This document shows, in pieces, positions 52,064-64,000 of a stretch of 64,000 nt of DNA (the first letter of the stretch is position 1; every line of letters begins with the position of its first letter). The notes under the pieces were generated by a model. It saw nothing but the letters and a program-made list of their open reading frames with translations, was not told where the DNA came from and made no database searches. This DNA comes from Stylophora pistillata (lineage: Eukaryota). Made by a program: the position numbers and the translations under genes. Where the stretch lies: positions 49,151-113,150 of the forward strand of contig NW_019218150.1 in assembly GCF_002571385.2 (NCBI RefSeq), in the 5' to 3' direction.

Positions 52064-55000
52064 GTATGTTTAAGTAACTTCTCTTAAAGTTCCCCAATCA
52101 ATTAATATCGACTTCCTCCCCCCTTTTACCCCTTAAGGTGAATGGCGACTAATTTCTCGCCGCTATCTGACCTATGAATCAAACATAAAGATTATGAGAA
52201 AAAATAACGGATCACCAACTAACTGTTACACGCATTCTCCTGGCTCGTACCATAATGAATGAAGAAAAGAATTATGAATACACAGGACTTATTGAAACTC
52301 TCACCTCTTCAACTCTTGACAGGCCTGAGTTCTTACGCGGAGGTTTTTCTCCAGCAAAGGGTGACAATTGATCGGCTCCTACAATAAAGGAAACGAATAA
52401 GCTCTTTCTTTCCAACTTCAAAGTTTATGAATAAAAAGATCATGTCTCAGAAAGCATTTTCAGATTATCAACAAATTTAGTTGCGCTCTATGGGCTGAAA
52501 GGTATATGGTGCTGCACACCTCTGTAACTGTGAAATTGTGGTCTGGAAAGTATTCTTAAGTTTGAAGAGAAAAAAGTAATTGAAAAACAACAATAAATTG
52601 AATTTGCAATCTTGAATAACTTCCCTTTAATGCTCTTGTAAGGAGCGGAGACGATTTCCTCGGAAACAATATCAACCAAACACTATTTGCACCCTAATTC
52701 TGTGGAAGTTCTTCCTCCTTTATATCTCAAACAATCCCTTTTATTACACTTTCTACCTTACACACCTTCAACAAATAGCACTCCAGTAGAGGACACTTCT
52801 CCCAGATCATTTTTGGCAACAACTTTATACATTCCAGCATCTTCAAACTTGCCTTCTGTTATCAGAATAGAGAACAAGTCTCTCTCCTGCAAAACTTTGA
52901 TGTGCGGAAACTGTTCACCACTGATCTTTTTGCCGTCTTTGAACCAAGTGACTGTCGGGGTAGGCTTTCCACGCACGCGCACATCAAACCTAGCTGCACT
53001 GCTATCTTCGATGGAGCGATCGGTTAGCGGCGCTGTGAATGAAGGCGCTTCACGTTGTCCAAGCGCTGAGGGTAAACAAATAAAATAGTAAGTCATTGAG
53101 GGGGGTCTGGTGCAGAATAGTTTCTTCCACTCTTATGACATTTGTTTGCAGCAGATTTAGCAAAACATTTCAGTAAACATCGAACATGTCATTCCATATC
53201 TGTTTTATTCTGAGTTATGTCGACGTTCTACAGATCATCGGAAGCGTCTTTATTTTGCTTCTAACATAGTATTTTCAAAGTCGTCATTATCTTCCACGAA
53301 GTCTCATTTGAGGAATATTTGAAGCACATACACATAACCCCGAAACAAAATCCTATGAACTGGCGTCGTGCCCATTGCTTTTTTTCATTTACCTTTGACC
53401 GAAAGTTTTGCTTGACAGGCAACAGATCCCCCCATGTTGGAAGCCACACAACGATACTCGCCCTCGTCCTCCACGGCCACTTTGTTGATGAGAATGGAAT
53501 AGTTTCCAGTCTGCGAATCTTTGATAAACTTCACTCTTGAGTCTTCCTTCACAAGATCTCCATTCCTGTACCATGAGACTTCCGGTTCCGGTATGCCTCT
53601 CGACTTGACAGTAAAGTATACAGTGTCCCCGACAAAGACATCGTTGTTGCTAAGCTCTTGTTGGAATTCTGGCTCGCAGACGCTGTCACGTGATCTTCGA
53701 CGTTCCATTCGGGCGTTTAACTTTACAAGTTGTTCGTCATCTTGGGATGAAGATTCTGACATTGACTCTAAGTTGAGAATAATCAGAAGAAGAATTAAAG
53801 GGGCATCCAGTGATAAGAGTACTTAGAGTTGCCAATCAAATATTTTCTTCCGGGAGGAATAGAGCTTGATTTGGTAATACCTGAGACGATTCGATTATAC
53901 TCACCTTCCACTAGGACTTCAGCCGAACACGAAGCAATGCCCCAGTTATTGAGCAGCACGCATTTATAAATTCCTTCGTCATCGACAGTGACTGACTGAA
54001 TGTCCAAGGTGTGTTGCTCGCCCGCTGATGATTGAGTGAATCGAGGCTGAGAGCGGATCAGGTCATTGTCTTTGAACCACTCGATGTTGTCAATGGGCTC
54101 AGGACCGGAAGTCACCTTAACGAGGCAATGAAACAAATCTATATTAGAGTCAAATATGTCCTGTTACCCCTTTCAGCAGTTATTCTTTGCCAGCTGTTCA
54201 TGTTAGATTTGAAAATAGCCGCCTCCTGGTTAGCTCAATTGGTTAGAGCGCCGGATTGTGTTGTGCGGGAGGTCGAGGGTTCGAGTCTCGGCCGGAGCAA
54301 TACTCATGGTCTTAAAATAATTGAGGAGAATTTGCTACCTTTCTATAATATCAATGAAATGGATAGATATTCTAGTCTTCTCGGATAAGGACGAATAAAT
54401 AGAGGTCCCGTCTCCTGCAAGGTTAGGGGTAGGAGACGTTAATTTCCCACGCACGAGATAAATGTGTGATGGATGTTCTCCCCTGGGGTGGGATGTGTTG
54501 GGGGAAAAGGTGAGGTCGTTACATGGACTAAAGCGGCTGCCAGAGGCGCCTGATAATGCTGACGTCCGTTCTCAACCTTAGTAACACTGCAGACCTTAGC
54601 AATTCAGCCTACGCTGCTATTAAGGTATCGAATCATTCATTCACTCACTCACTCACTTACTTTCACTCACTCAACCCTATTAATAAAAACCCGTGAATAA
54701 TAAAATATGTTATTTTACCTCCAAAGTGACATTTTCACCATCGTTAACCTCGATATCCCCCAGAGGGGAGAGGATTGTCGGTTTAGCACCACTCTTTGAC
54801 CTGGATGGCCGTTTTGTCACTGGGAAGCCTGGGGCTGTGCCATCGGTACTTTCTTTAAAATCTACTAATTCTAAACACAAAGAGAACAGTAATTATTTCA
54901 CTAGCATTCTTATGTAGAAGAACATCCCGAGAGCGTTATAATCTTCTAACTCATAACAAAATTCCCACCTACATTAGCTTTAGGAAGCGTGAAGCGCCAT

Positions 55001-58000
55001 TTGGGTACACGGACGCTTAAAACATAATTTGAAAATCATTTACATTTCAGCAAAGCAACACCGACCTTCCACAGCTAACTTCGCCTCACAGGACTGTGTT
55101 CCAGCCTTGTTAGATATAACACACTTGTAAATCCCTTGATCCTGAATCTCAACAGGGGAAATCTTCAGCGAACAGTGTTCTCCATCAGACGACATCTTCA
55201 ACCGCTTTCCATACTTGATCGGCTCGTTGTCTTTAAACCAGCGAATCTGCAGTGGTTGGCTGCCAGCGGCTATTATTTCTAACTGTGCAGTGGAATTCTT
55301 TACCACACAGATGTCGGTACATTCTTGGACAAATTCGGGGGCCATTTGGGAAAGGCGACTGAGGTTGAAAACATGGCAAAAATGCAAAAATGTTGAGGTA
55401 TTACTTAGTTAAAATAAAGGCGATTGCAGTCATTTCTCCTCACTAACCAAGATCCAAGATTTTTTTTTGTGCAGGCGAAATAAGTTAACTCGGTTAATTT
55501 TAAGGGACGAGTGTGATTAAAAACCAATCATAAAAAAGAAGGCAAAGTGGGAACAACTGCTATTCATGTAGATATGAATTTTAAGATCAATTTCAGCATA
55601 ATGTGTAAAACCTTTTTCAAGCAAAAAATATGTTTGTCTCACCCGCGGTTCATTACTGTCTGTGGAACTTTGACTTTCTCTGTAAAAATAAACGTCAAAA
55701 ATGATAAGCTTATCAAAAAAGACCATTTCAATTTCTTCCATTGTATACTGCCCCCTTTTCCTTAACCATTTTTTAACACCGAAACCCCTAAGAATTCTTT
55801 TGTCTAATAAGTTTGTTAAAGCACAAAGCTGTTGTCATTGAAGACGTTAGATATATTAAGCCGCATTACAAGTCAGCTTATGAAACCATACTGCTTTACA
55901 ACACTAAGAGGATACCTTCAACAAGCACTTCACAATCAGTAGACACTGATCCCGCATCATTGGCAGCAACACAACGGTACACTGCCTCATCTTTGACTGA
56001 CATATTGAAGATGTTAACTGCTTGCATCTCACCAGCGGAGATAATAGTAATATGATGGTCCTCTTTCAAAGCATGGTCGTCTTTGTACCACGTGACCTCG
56101 GCCTTGCACTCGAGGGGAACTCGAACGTCTAGCGTCAGATTGTCACCTTCTTTAACCTGTTTGTCTTGAAGCTCTAACAAGAAAACTGGTTTTGGAACTA
56201 GAGGGAAAGAAACGAAACAAAAATCAACACAACGCATCTGTGTTTAAGGCCTCGACCAAGAGTTGAAGTTGGAGTAAAAGATAATTTTTGACCTTTTGCC
56301 TGACCTGATTTCATTACAGACTTTGGTTTTGGTGCAGTTGGGGGCGCCACCTTCCTGTCAGCAGGTTTCGGCGTCTCCCTAGGATGGGTAAAAAGGACAA
56401 GAAATTAGCAGAGAGGAGCTGCAGAAAATCACGAATAAAAATGATTTACAAAGCTAGAAGAGTAAATATAAGAAAAAAGCAAAACGACAGCGATAAAATT
56501 AGAACAAAAACTCCGTTAGGAATTGTGCTATTGACAATCCAGCTAATTTTCTATCGTACGCCATTTGAGAATGAGCAGGATACCCCATCATATCTTACGT
56601 TGTTCGAGGTCCGTCCTTAGATTGTAACTCATCTTCCGAAGTTTCCTCACTTTCACCTCCTGTTGATTCTTCAAGGCCTGTGTAAAATGAACAGACTTAC
56701 AATGTCATCAAAAATGCCTCGAATTCAATAAAGTTCTTCAATTTTAATTCCTTAGAAAAGATAACAGAGGGTCTTACTAAGTTTTACTACGTTTTTTATT
56801 AATAGTCCATTTTACAGTTGTGTGCTTGGTTGCCAAGCCTTTGAACAGGAGTGAGGCTAGAGATGACCTTGTTATGATACAAACCTTGCTGCCTTTCAAA
56901 TGTAAATCACTTTGTTATCATGCTAAGTAGATACAGGTCTCTATCACAACAAGATCATCTTTAGCCTCACTCTGAATCAAAGGCTTGGCAACTAAGTACA
57001 CAACTGTAAAATGGCCTATTGACTTTTCGTATCTCCCTCAAATGAGGTTCTGGTGCAAAAAAAAAAAAAATACAAAACAAAACAAAACAAGTCTTTTCAG
57101 ATAACTAAGCACAGAAGAGCACTAAAGGCAACTGACCTTCTATTATTAGCTCTGCAGTGCAAGACACTTCTCCTTTGACATTTGTTGCTTCACACTTGTA
57201 CATGCCCTCATCGTCAGTAACCACATCATTAACAAACAGAGAGAACACTCCGTCGTCATCCTCATCAAACCGGATTTTTCGGTTCTCCTCAAGCAGTTTG
57301 TCATCCTTCAGCCACCGTATTTCTGGACCAGGGCTTCCAGTGACCTTGACATCAAATCGCGCCGCGCTTCCTTCTATAACTTCTGCTGTCTGCATTGTTC
57401 GAGAAAACTGGGGAGGAGTCGCAAGAGCACTACCTTCAAGCTTAGGTTCACGTGACAGTGGGACGTCTGTGGCCATTACTACAATTTGCTCGTCGACTGG
57501 CTTCTTAGGACTGAAAGACAAAACAAGGATCACATGTTTAGAAAAGTTGTATAAAATAAATTATGGAGTTACAAGAACTTTCGAGGGTACGTTTTGGCGA
57601 TAAATTGACTTACAGTGACATGACACCCTCCTTGATTTCTGGCTTAGGAACTGTGAAGAGACAAAGAAACAAAACCATGAGTTTCAAACGAGTGAAGACA
57701 GGCCAGAGTCAATACGAAAGGCGTTTAAATGAATGGATTAAAACAAATGAAGGGCAAACGAACGATTGGAGTGGCAAGTTTATGATGATCAAGGGAGGGC
57801 AGTAAGGAGACAAAATCGTCCACTAAGGGGGGGGGGACGAACGAACGATATTGCAATCACGACAAGAGGGAGAGAAAGATTGACAATGACCATCGTGTTA
57901 AATTGAAATTCGCCTTCACAAAAACAGCTATACATACCTTCAACAGTAAGCTTAGCAGAACACCAAGCCTCGCCTGTCTTGTTCTTCGCTACGCACTTGT

Positions 58001-61000
58001 ACTCTCCCTCATCATCAGCCTCTGCACGTTGTATACGAAGTGAATGCACCCCATCTTTGCTCTTCTCAATCTTAACTCGACGGCCTTCTCCGATTGGCTT
58101 GCCTTCCTTCTGCCATATAACATCTGGGACTGGATTACCCGACACCTTAGCTGTCAGTTTCGCCTCCTCCCCCTCAATGACTTTTGTGTCAGTGAAATTC
58201 CGTTCGAATTCTGGACGAACCGTTAATTCTTGACGAGGTTTGGAGAGTGCTAAACAAATTTTAACAACAAAAGGGAGACGATAGGTCAAACTATTTTCTC
58301 ACTATTTTCATCTCTATTCCCTCTAAGAACGAGACAGTCGAAGACTTCCCGTTGCTTAAAAAGCTCACATTTGGTCAGGCACTTCAACGCTTGTAGAGAG
58401 AGCGGGATAAGATGAAAATTCCTTTCTTGACTCAAATTATTTGTAAGTACCAGTAAACACACAAAGAAACATTTCCTAGATATAATGCGACTCGAAACAA
58501 CTACAGGGTTTACAAATCAAGGTAATGTGGTAAGGTCTTAATATAAATTTGAGGCTACAAAAAAATAGAACACGAATGAGACCAACTTGTAATAGTGACT
58601 TCAGCTGACGAACTGACGCTGCCCACTTTGTTTGTGGCTTCACATTGATATTCTCCCGAGTCTTCCACCTGACATTCTTTGATCACAAGCGTAAATCCGC
58701 TCACTGATTGGTTGATGTCAAACCGTCCTCCTCCGCCAATTGGTTCGCCATCCTTGTACCACTGGAAACCAGGTTCCGGTGTTCCCATGGCCCGACATGC
58801 CAAGCGAACTGAGCTACCTTCAACCGCTGATTTATCTCTAAGCTTTAGAATAAACTCTGGTTCTCGAAGACGTTCTTTTGGTTTTGGAGATTCCGGTTTG
58901 GATCGAGGCTTTGTTGCTGTTGGTAGGGGTGGTTCTGACTTCTCTACCTGAGCTGAATCAGGTGATAGGAGGGTCTCAATCACTGGTGATGCTTCCGTAG
59001 AAACACGTTGTTTTCGTCTACATAGAGAATATAATTCATTAATTTCCATGCACCCAAAATGTAACTCAACTTTTACTTACGCGTAGTGAATATATAAATA
59101 AGCGCATTTTTTATACTGTTTGACAACCTAGGGCATCTTCTAACAGAGATTAGTCAAACTGTGAAAATATTGTTTGTAACATACATCTCTTCTTCTGGTT
59201 CTTGTTCACCTGCTGATACGCTCTCTTCGTCATCTGTTTCTATAAATAAAAGAAAGCAAATGACTTTTCTGCAGCAGTGGGAATAATTTTGCAAAGGAAG
59301 CGATGGAAATGATTAAATGTAGTTATAAGTAGTTATAAGAAGTAGAAACAAATAAATGAGATCAAACAAACAAGCAGACACACAATTTAATCGCTTACGT
59401 AATATATACAAATCCGCGGTGCAGTGTGCCTTGCCGGCGCTGTTCCTTGCCACGCACTTGTACATGCCTTCATCACTTCCGCATACGTCATCTATGACAA
59501 GCACTTGTCTGTCATCATCATCCTCGAACTTGTACCTCCCTCCCTCGAGCAGGGGTTCGTTCTCTCTGTACCAACGGATATCCGGCCGCGGGTCGCCGAT
59601 CACACGACACTCCAGACTAGCTGTTTTACCGGGAACTGCATCAATATCTTTGAGTTTCTGAGTAAACCTTGGTGTAGTTCCTTCGAATTCAGGCTCCATG
59701 TCAGCTGAAATGAGGCCAAAAAGATTAGAGATCACCACACTCCTTAGTGGAAATCTTTCTCAAAACGAAAATATTAAAAAATAAAAAACCAAGAACATAT
59801 AGCACCACCACTTTGAGTTGCCTGTTATAACCAAAATATTATAACATTACCAAATTGTTGTAACTTACGTTCAACATTGAGGTATGCATTGCTCTCAACC
59901 TGACCAAAATCATTCCGTGCCACAAATCGAATGTGTCCCGCATCTGTCCTCTTAGCGTCTGAGATATTCAAAGCATAAAGATCCTCATCACGTTCACAAG
60001 TGAAGCGAGGCCATTTACTGACAAGTTGATCATCTTTGTACCACTCAGCGGTCACGCCAGTACTGCTGACCACACGACAAGCAAACTTTGTCACGCCACC
60101 TTCCTTCACGTCACGGTTGCGTAACACAAGCGTTATATCTGGAGGAAGCTTGGCTGGACCACTTGTGGAGGATGATTCAACTTCATCTTCTGTGTCGTCC
60201 GACAGCATATCAAATGTTGACTCACTGACAATAAACAAATTAAAATAAGTCTTACGATATTCAAACTTGAATTTTGTTTCCGGAAACGAAATGGGAAGTT
60301 CTCGTCACAAAAACTAATACAGAAGGACGTTGCCCTTCCGTAGCACAGGATTCAGTTGCCAAGTGTGAAATCTTTCTAATCATATTTGCTGTTTGGTTAT
60401 TGTGTGATTCAGTGTCGCACGGAAACCACTCACCGTGAAAGACGTCTCTCGTAGTCAGAGCCACTGGCAGAATCAAAACCATGGCCTGTGCAGGAAAGGC
60501 AAAGAAACCAATTTAGTGGAATAATAAGCACATGACAATTAGAAGTACGAAAGAACACCGTGTTACTTAATTTGTATGTAGAATTCTATTTCAAAAATAC
60601 GAAGTTCACGACGACATTTACAAGATAATTAGATACTTACTTTCTATGAAGAGTTCTGCACTGCACTGAACCTTGCCGGCTGGATTACTCGCCACGCACT
60701 TGTATCGCCCTCTGTCAGATGATTCAGCTTCTCTTATGAGCAATGAACACAAACCGTCGTCTTCAAACAAGAATCTGATTCGACCGCCTTCACGAATCAC
60801 ACGATTATCCTTGTACCAATCTACCTCCGGCTCTGGTGTCCCTGAAAAAACGTAAACTATACTGTTAACAAGATATCATAACAACCAAGAAAAGACCAAT
60901 TAACCCCCCTCCCTTTTAACTGTGACTGAGAATTGTTTTATATTTTATGTGTGGCGAGTGTTCAGTTATATCATCGCCTTTGGTACTTTTTCTTATTTAA

Positions 61001-64000
61001 ACAGAAATCACTACATTGATATGATTACAAGCATTACAGTTGCTGCAATATCAGGAAATAAAGCCTGACTTAAATCATAAGAGGATAAGAATAGATCTCA
61101 CCTTTGACACGGACGTCAAACTTGGCAGCACTTCCCTCCACGATCTCTATGTCCTGAAGTCGCTGAATGAACTCTGGTTTAACAGCTCCCTCAGGAACTG
61201 GTTCTCGTCGGAGGACAAGCTTTTGAGCTGTGAGTAAAGAAAAACCCATATAACTCGCTTAAAAGACTCAACCCTTGTGGTCTTTGAGTTTGGCTTCTGT
61301 GTGAGGACTTATGAGCGAACGGTATCGTCCTGGCGGCAAGCTATTACAAGAACATTCATTGCCTAAGGGTCACACGTAAAAAAAAAATCTCAGCAATTTT
61401 TCCTAGAAAATAAGATACTCTTTCTCATAATTAAAACATTGATAGCCCTAATAACTTATCTCGACTTTTCTACTGTTTCTCAAATGATATTTCACTAAGA
61501 CAACAAATTTAAGCCTACCATTAACTATAACAACAAACGGTTTGACAGCTGTTCCAACGGAGTTTGTGGCTTCAGCTCGATAATTCCCTGAATCATCTGG
61601 GACTGCTTTAGGAATCAACAGAATGTTCATGTCACCTTCTGTCTGCAGCTCAACCCGCTTGACTCTCCGAGCAAGGCGATTCTCCTTGAACCATTCTACC
61701 TGAGGGGTGGGCTTCCCTCTGGCTTGCACCAAAAGCTTAACTGGAGCACCTTCCCAAACCTCAAACAGCTGCTCCTCTGCGCCTTGAACAAATCTAGGTG
61801 CGACTTGTCTGTTATTGACTTTGAGCTCAGCTGAACTCGTGACTTCACCTGCGCTATTTGTTACAAGGCACCTATACTGACCACTGTCCTCTGTGCTGCA
61901 ATCGCTTACAGTGAGTGAAAACTTCCGACGCTCTGAATCTTCGAAGATGGTGTACTTTCCTTCATTGTTTATCGGCATTTTTCTCAAGAACCACTGCACT
62001 ACGGGGTCGGGCTTTGCACTAACTGCAATCTCAAAAACGGCGTCCTCTCCTTCTAGTAATTCCAGATCATTCATCAGTTTTTTGAACTCCGGTTTATTCG
62101 TCGATTCGCTTACAACAAGACGCGTACTACACGACGCAGTTCCACTTTTGTTCTTAACAACACACTGGTAATCTCCGCTATCTTCTGGCCTGGCGTCCGA
62201 GATGACAAGTGAGATGAGGTCACCCTCCAACCCTGTTTTAACCCGTCGGTTTTCACTTACAGGCTGACCATTCTTTGTCCACTCAATATTGGGTTTAGCA
62301 GTGGCATTAAGGCGACATTTTAGTCTCGCTGTGCTTCCAATGGTAGCTTGAGTTTCTTCTAACGGTTGAGTGAACCTGGGTGCAGGTTTCTTCCCTGCAT
62401 AAGACATAAACACTTCGATTAAAAAACAAAATGAACACAACTAAGACAAATCCAGCATAATTTGTTATACGACTTTACTACGGAACTACCACTGATGGAT
62501 AACACTACAGGGTATAAGACAACATTATGTTGTGTTACCAGCAAAATAACTGAGATTGTTTTGTGAATAATATAATAAGTGTCACACTTCATGCTGTACC
62601 ACGCACATTGACTTACCTTCAATATCAACCTGGAAGGTCTTAGTCGTTGTACCTGCAGCACTCTTCGCCACGCATTTATACACTCCAGAGTCTTCGGGAG
62701 TAACAGTGAAGATTCTTATACCATATTTGTTTCCTCGCACTGATATGTTGCCGCGACTAGTTCTTTTAAATGGCCTGTCATCTCTAAACCACTCTACGTC
62801 TGGCCTTGGATTGCCTCGAATGGTCACGTTTATCTTAAGTTCATCGCCCTCCTTTACTTTTATCGGTGAATCGCCGCCTTCATCGGAGAACTCCGGCGCA
62901 ATCTGTCTCTCTTTTACGTCAAGTCGTGCAGAACATTGCATTCTTCCAGCCTCGTTCGACGCAACGCATTTGTAGCTTCCAAAGTCATCTAATGACACAT
63001 TCTCAATAAATATGGAGTGTACCTCGCTGTCCTCGGATTGCTCAATTTTAAATCTTCCCCCATTGGCGATAACTTTTCCACCCTTTGACCATTCAGTAAC
63101 AGGCTTAGGATTGCCAACCACGCGGACGTCAAATCGCGCCGTATCACCCTCGATAACGTCAGTGTGCTTCATTTTCTCTTTAAACTCTGGCATTATAATA
63201 GCTTTATTGACAAGAAGCTCTGCGGAGCAAGACACTTTGCCAAGATCATTTGTTGCTACACATTTATATTTCCCTTCGTCTTCAGCAACAGTATCAGAAA
63301 TTGTCAATCTGCAAACTTCAGAATCGAAGTAGGTGTTCACTCGTATACTTGATGTGATAAGTTCATCGTCTTTATACCATTCAATGCTTGGTTCTGGTTT
63401 TCCATGAACCCAGCACTCTAACTTAGCACCACTGCCTTCTACAACTTCTACTTTCTTTAGAGGCTTGAAAAACTCCGGCGCTGAGCCTTTGGGTTTTTTG
63501 GCTGGTTAAGAAATAAATAGAGTTCATAATGTTGAGGTTTTAATTGAAATTATCAGCATTTAATTTTTCCAGACTGGTGTCGATGTTACAACAATTCTAA
63601 CGTTTACCATCAGCGGAGAAAAAAAAATAAAGCCTAAAAAAAAAAAAAACCAAAGCACAAGGGATGAATGTAATAGGTTTGAGTCCTTAACTGGAGTAAG
63701 AGGAATAATATGACATGAGCTATGTTTGTATACCTCATTTTTATCTAAAAATAGCTAACCTTCTACGGTGACGTTAAAAGTCCGCATTGCTGTTCCCAAT
63801 TTACTCTTCGCTACGCACTTGTACACCCCAGAATCAGCAGGCTTAGCGCTGTTTAGAAGAAGTGTGTGTTTCTCTCCTTTCACCAGAGTGGTCATATTCG
63901 ATGACTTTCTGAGACTAAGTTCATCTTTATACCACTCAACATCAGGAGCAGGTTTTCCTCGTATTGTAATTTCCAACGAAACTTCTTCACCTTCTTTGAA
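21298..64000 (-). CDS. Giant obscurin/UNC-89-like muscle protein (Ig repeats, SH3, RhoGEF DH-PH, tandem kinases); 5' end lies outside the window; span shown is the isoform ending in kinase cassette B
   Basis: A continuous frame can be spliced through 52 shared GT-AG exons from 64000 to 34469 and then 9 exons of cassette B. SH3-DH-PH plus Ig repeats plus two C-terminal kinases is the hallmark of the obscurin/UNC-89 family. Confidence 0.9.
22015..22270 (-). repeat. Dispersed repeat related to 2085-2338
   Basis: Reverse-complement similarity. Confidence 0.8.
28584..30229 (-). CDS. Cassette A: intronless Ig + myosin light chain kinase-like terminal exon (or nested gene)
   Basis: 603-aa ORF whose real entry is probably the acceptor TTTAG| at 30229 (phase 1). 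It encodes an Ig domain, a complete kinase (GKGRFG, AAK, HLDLKPEN, DFG, GTPEFVAPE), a CaM-binding-like ARRKWRRAITAIR segment, a Thr/Glu-rich tail and a stop at 28584. Confidence 0.92.
34469..44089 (-). CDS. Ig-Ig-kinase 1 (MLCK-like, with autoinhibitory/CaM-binding segment) and linker exon
   Basis: Exons: 44089-43811, 40346-40068, 39787-39728, 39641-39515, 39168-38968, 38577-38439, 37049-36920, 36764-36716, 36572-36546, 36316-36164, 35812-35767, 35133-35059, 34802-34469. Motifs: ELGKGKFGVV, YAAKF, GGELF, HLDLKPEN, IDFG, GTPEFVAPE, LSGLSPF, LKKFIARRRWARTANALRAL. Confidence 0.95.
35320..35627. repeat. 44-bp minisatellite, 7 copies
   Basis: GATACCATGGACCCGTACTAGAGGGGCATTTACCTTAGCAACGT repeated head to tail. 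Confidence 0.95.
37275..37319 (-). ncRNA. Second copy of the minimal hammerhead motif, sense to the host pre-mRNA
   Basis: Exact reverse complement of 38214-38258. Confidence 0.7.
38214..38258 (+). ncRNA. Minimal type-I hammerhead ribozyme motif in the Penelope-like 3' region
   Basis: TGACT-CTGATGA-T-GAC(loop)GTC-GAAA-C-GTC-AGTCA: stem I TGACT/AGTCA, conserved core, palindromic ACGT stem III, GUC cleavage triplet. Confidence 0.75.
40608..40809. repeat. 50-bp minisatellite, 4 copies
   Basis: GTTTCTGCGCTTTCCTCGCATTTTTACCTCTCGATATCAGCATATCATTA x4. Confidence 0.95.
44428..44569 (-). CDS. Putative alternative first coding exon for a short Ig-Ig-kinase isoform
   Basis: ATG at 44569 gives MSSRPTLSSSRSYVSSSASGTRSYERTSRIREHSASERNEGRPRRRR, then donor GAG|GTAAC in phase 1, in frame with the Ig exon at 44089. 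Confidence 0.6.
45828..46671 (-). CDS. Linker and third, SH3-like domain of the obscurin-like gene
   Basis: Exons 46671-46469 and 46149-45828 (GEQVRVLRSGRDLYFVQT...EGWVPGSWL) stay in frame. Confidence 0.75.
46767..50599 (-). CDS. RhoGEF (Dbl-homology) and PH domains of the obscurin-like gene
   Basis: DH exons: 50599-50533 (FVLNELIESERKYVNDL), 50195-50092 (VFSNIKEIYGFH), 49892-49823, 49660-49568, 49344-49252 (YLKKPAQHLDEYVLLLK), 48914-48864, 48344-48267. PH exons: 47862-47821 (LGRLIRQ), 47742-47608 (ERDLFLFE), 47262-47152, 46833-46767 (KQVWVREI). Confidence 0.9.
47387..47462. repeat. ~23-bp tandem repeat, ~3 copies
   Basis: ACAAATATCAGTGAATCACGGT(A/C) repeated. Confidence 0.9.
48475..48632. 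other. Assembly gap (N run) inside an intron
   Basis: Run of Ns. Flanking exons 48914-48864 and 48344-48267 join in phase. Confidence 0.99.
50712..51552 (-). CDS. Two tandem SH3 domains of the obscurin-like gene
   Basis: Exons 51552-51359 (LYTAIEDF...DKVEVLDTSRPEFWLVR...IGFV), 51111-51084 and 50962-50712 (FVCITNYPAQASDEVSVNEGDMLEIL...GWLP). Confidence 0.85.
51731..51945 (+). mobile_element. tRNA-derived SINE (second family)
   Basis: GGCAGTGTGGCCGAGTGGT...GGTTCGAGTCCC head with A/B boxes, unrelated body, followed by an AAT/ATT microsatellite. Confidence 0.75.
51988..52063. repeat. (AAT)n-(ATT)n microsatellite
   Basis: Direct inspection. Confidence 0.95.
52305..64000 (-). CDS. Ig I-set repeat region (~18 Ig domains) of the obscurin-like gene
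   Basis: Exons: 64000-63760 (partial), 63501-62617, 62394-61519, 61227-61102, 60841-60641, 60485-60434, 60224-59869, 59704-59399, 59239-59185, 59017-58587, 58249-57938, 57650-57614, 57510-57137, 56677-56599, 56378-56293, 56197-55916, 55679-55643, 55358-55066, 54870-54719, 54115-53905, 53767-53393, 53065-52766, 52378-52305. Repeated P.F...L...G.P.P.V.W.KDG...D.G.Y.C.A.N..G pattern. Confidence 0.93.
54217..54600 (+). mobile_element. tRNA-derived SINE
   Basis: A-box TAGCTCAATTGG and B-box GGTTCGAGTC followed by a non-tRNA body. The head matches 160-237 (minus) and the body matches 1-80. Confidence 0.8.
56801..57020. mobile_element. MITE, same family as 19548-19764
   Basis: Same terminal inverted repeats and internal sequence. 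Confidence 0.9.

Noticed and set aside
52488-52679. Possible additional exon (VDIVSEEIVSAPYK)
   Set aside because: No phase-compatible acceptor was found, and the flanking exons (donor 52766, acceptor 52378) join in frame without it.
54217-54298. Functional tRNA gene (also 160-237 and 51731-51805)
   Set aside because: A/B boxes are present but the cloverleaf is imperfect and continues into a repeated non-tRNA body, so these are SINE heads.
63745-63756. MEF2-like CTAAAAATAG site (and a CArG-like CCAAATATGG near 1283)
   Set aside because: Single short motifs are expected by chance in AT-rich DNA and have no supporting context.
34469-64000. Calling the gene titin, twitchin or Trio
   Set aside because: There are no FN3 super-repeats or PEVK region and no spectrin repeats or second GEF in the window. 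SH3-DH-PH plus tandem kinases fits obscurin/UNC-89 best. No gene symbol is given because orthology is untested.

Overview
Eukaryotic genomic DNA, AT-rich and intron-rich, with repeat families that suggest a stony coral or other cnidarian (the taxon is an inference). All exon coordinates were derived by hand from GT-AG sites and reading-frame continuity. (1) A complete 14-exon PIGA gene lies on the minus strand (7137->347, 469 aa). (2) The 3' part of a giant obscurin/UNC-89-like muscle gene enters from the right edge on the minus strand. Its 52 shared exons (~3300 aa) encode ~18 Ig domains, SH3-SH3-RhoGEF(DH)-PH-SH3-like, Ig-Ig and an MLCK-like kinase with a calmodulin-binding segment. The last shared exon ends in a phase-1 donor (34469) and is followed by three separate kinase modules, each with its own stop codon. 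Module A is one intronless 1.65-kb Ig+MLCK exon (30229->28584). Module B is a 9-exon obscurin-kinase-2-type cassette (25434->21298). Module C is a diverged duplicate of B (12962->8949) whose lead exon looks frameshifted. Between B and C is a ~222-bp satellite array that switches orientation and carries an inverted, stop-containing copy of a cassette-B exon. Other elements: two Penelope-like retroelement fragments with target-site duplications and minimal hammerhead-ribozyme motifs, tRNA-derived SINEs, several MITEs, short tandem repeats and one assembly gap.
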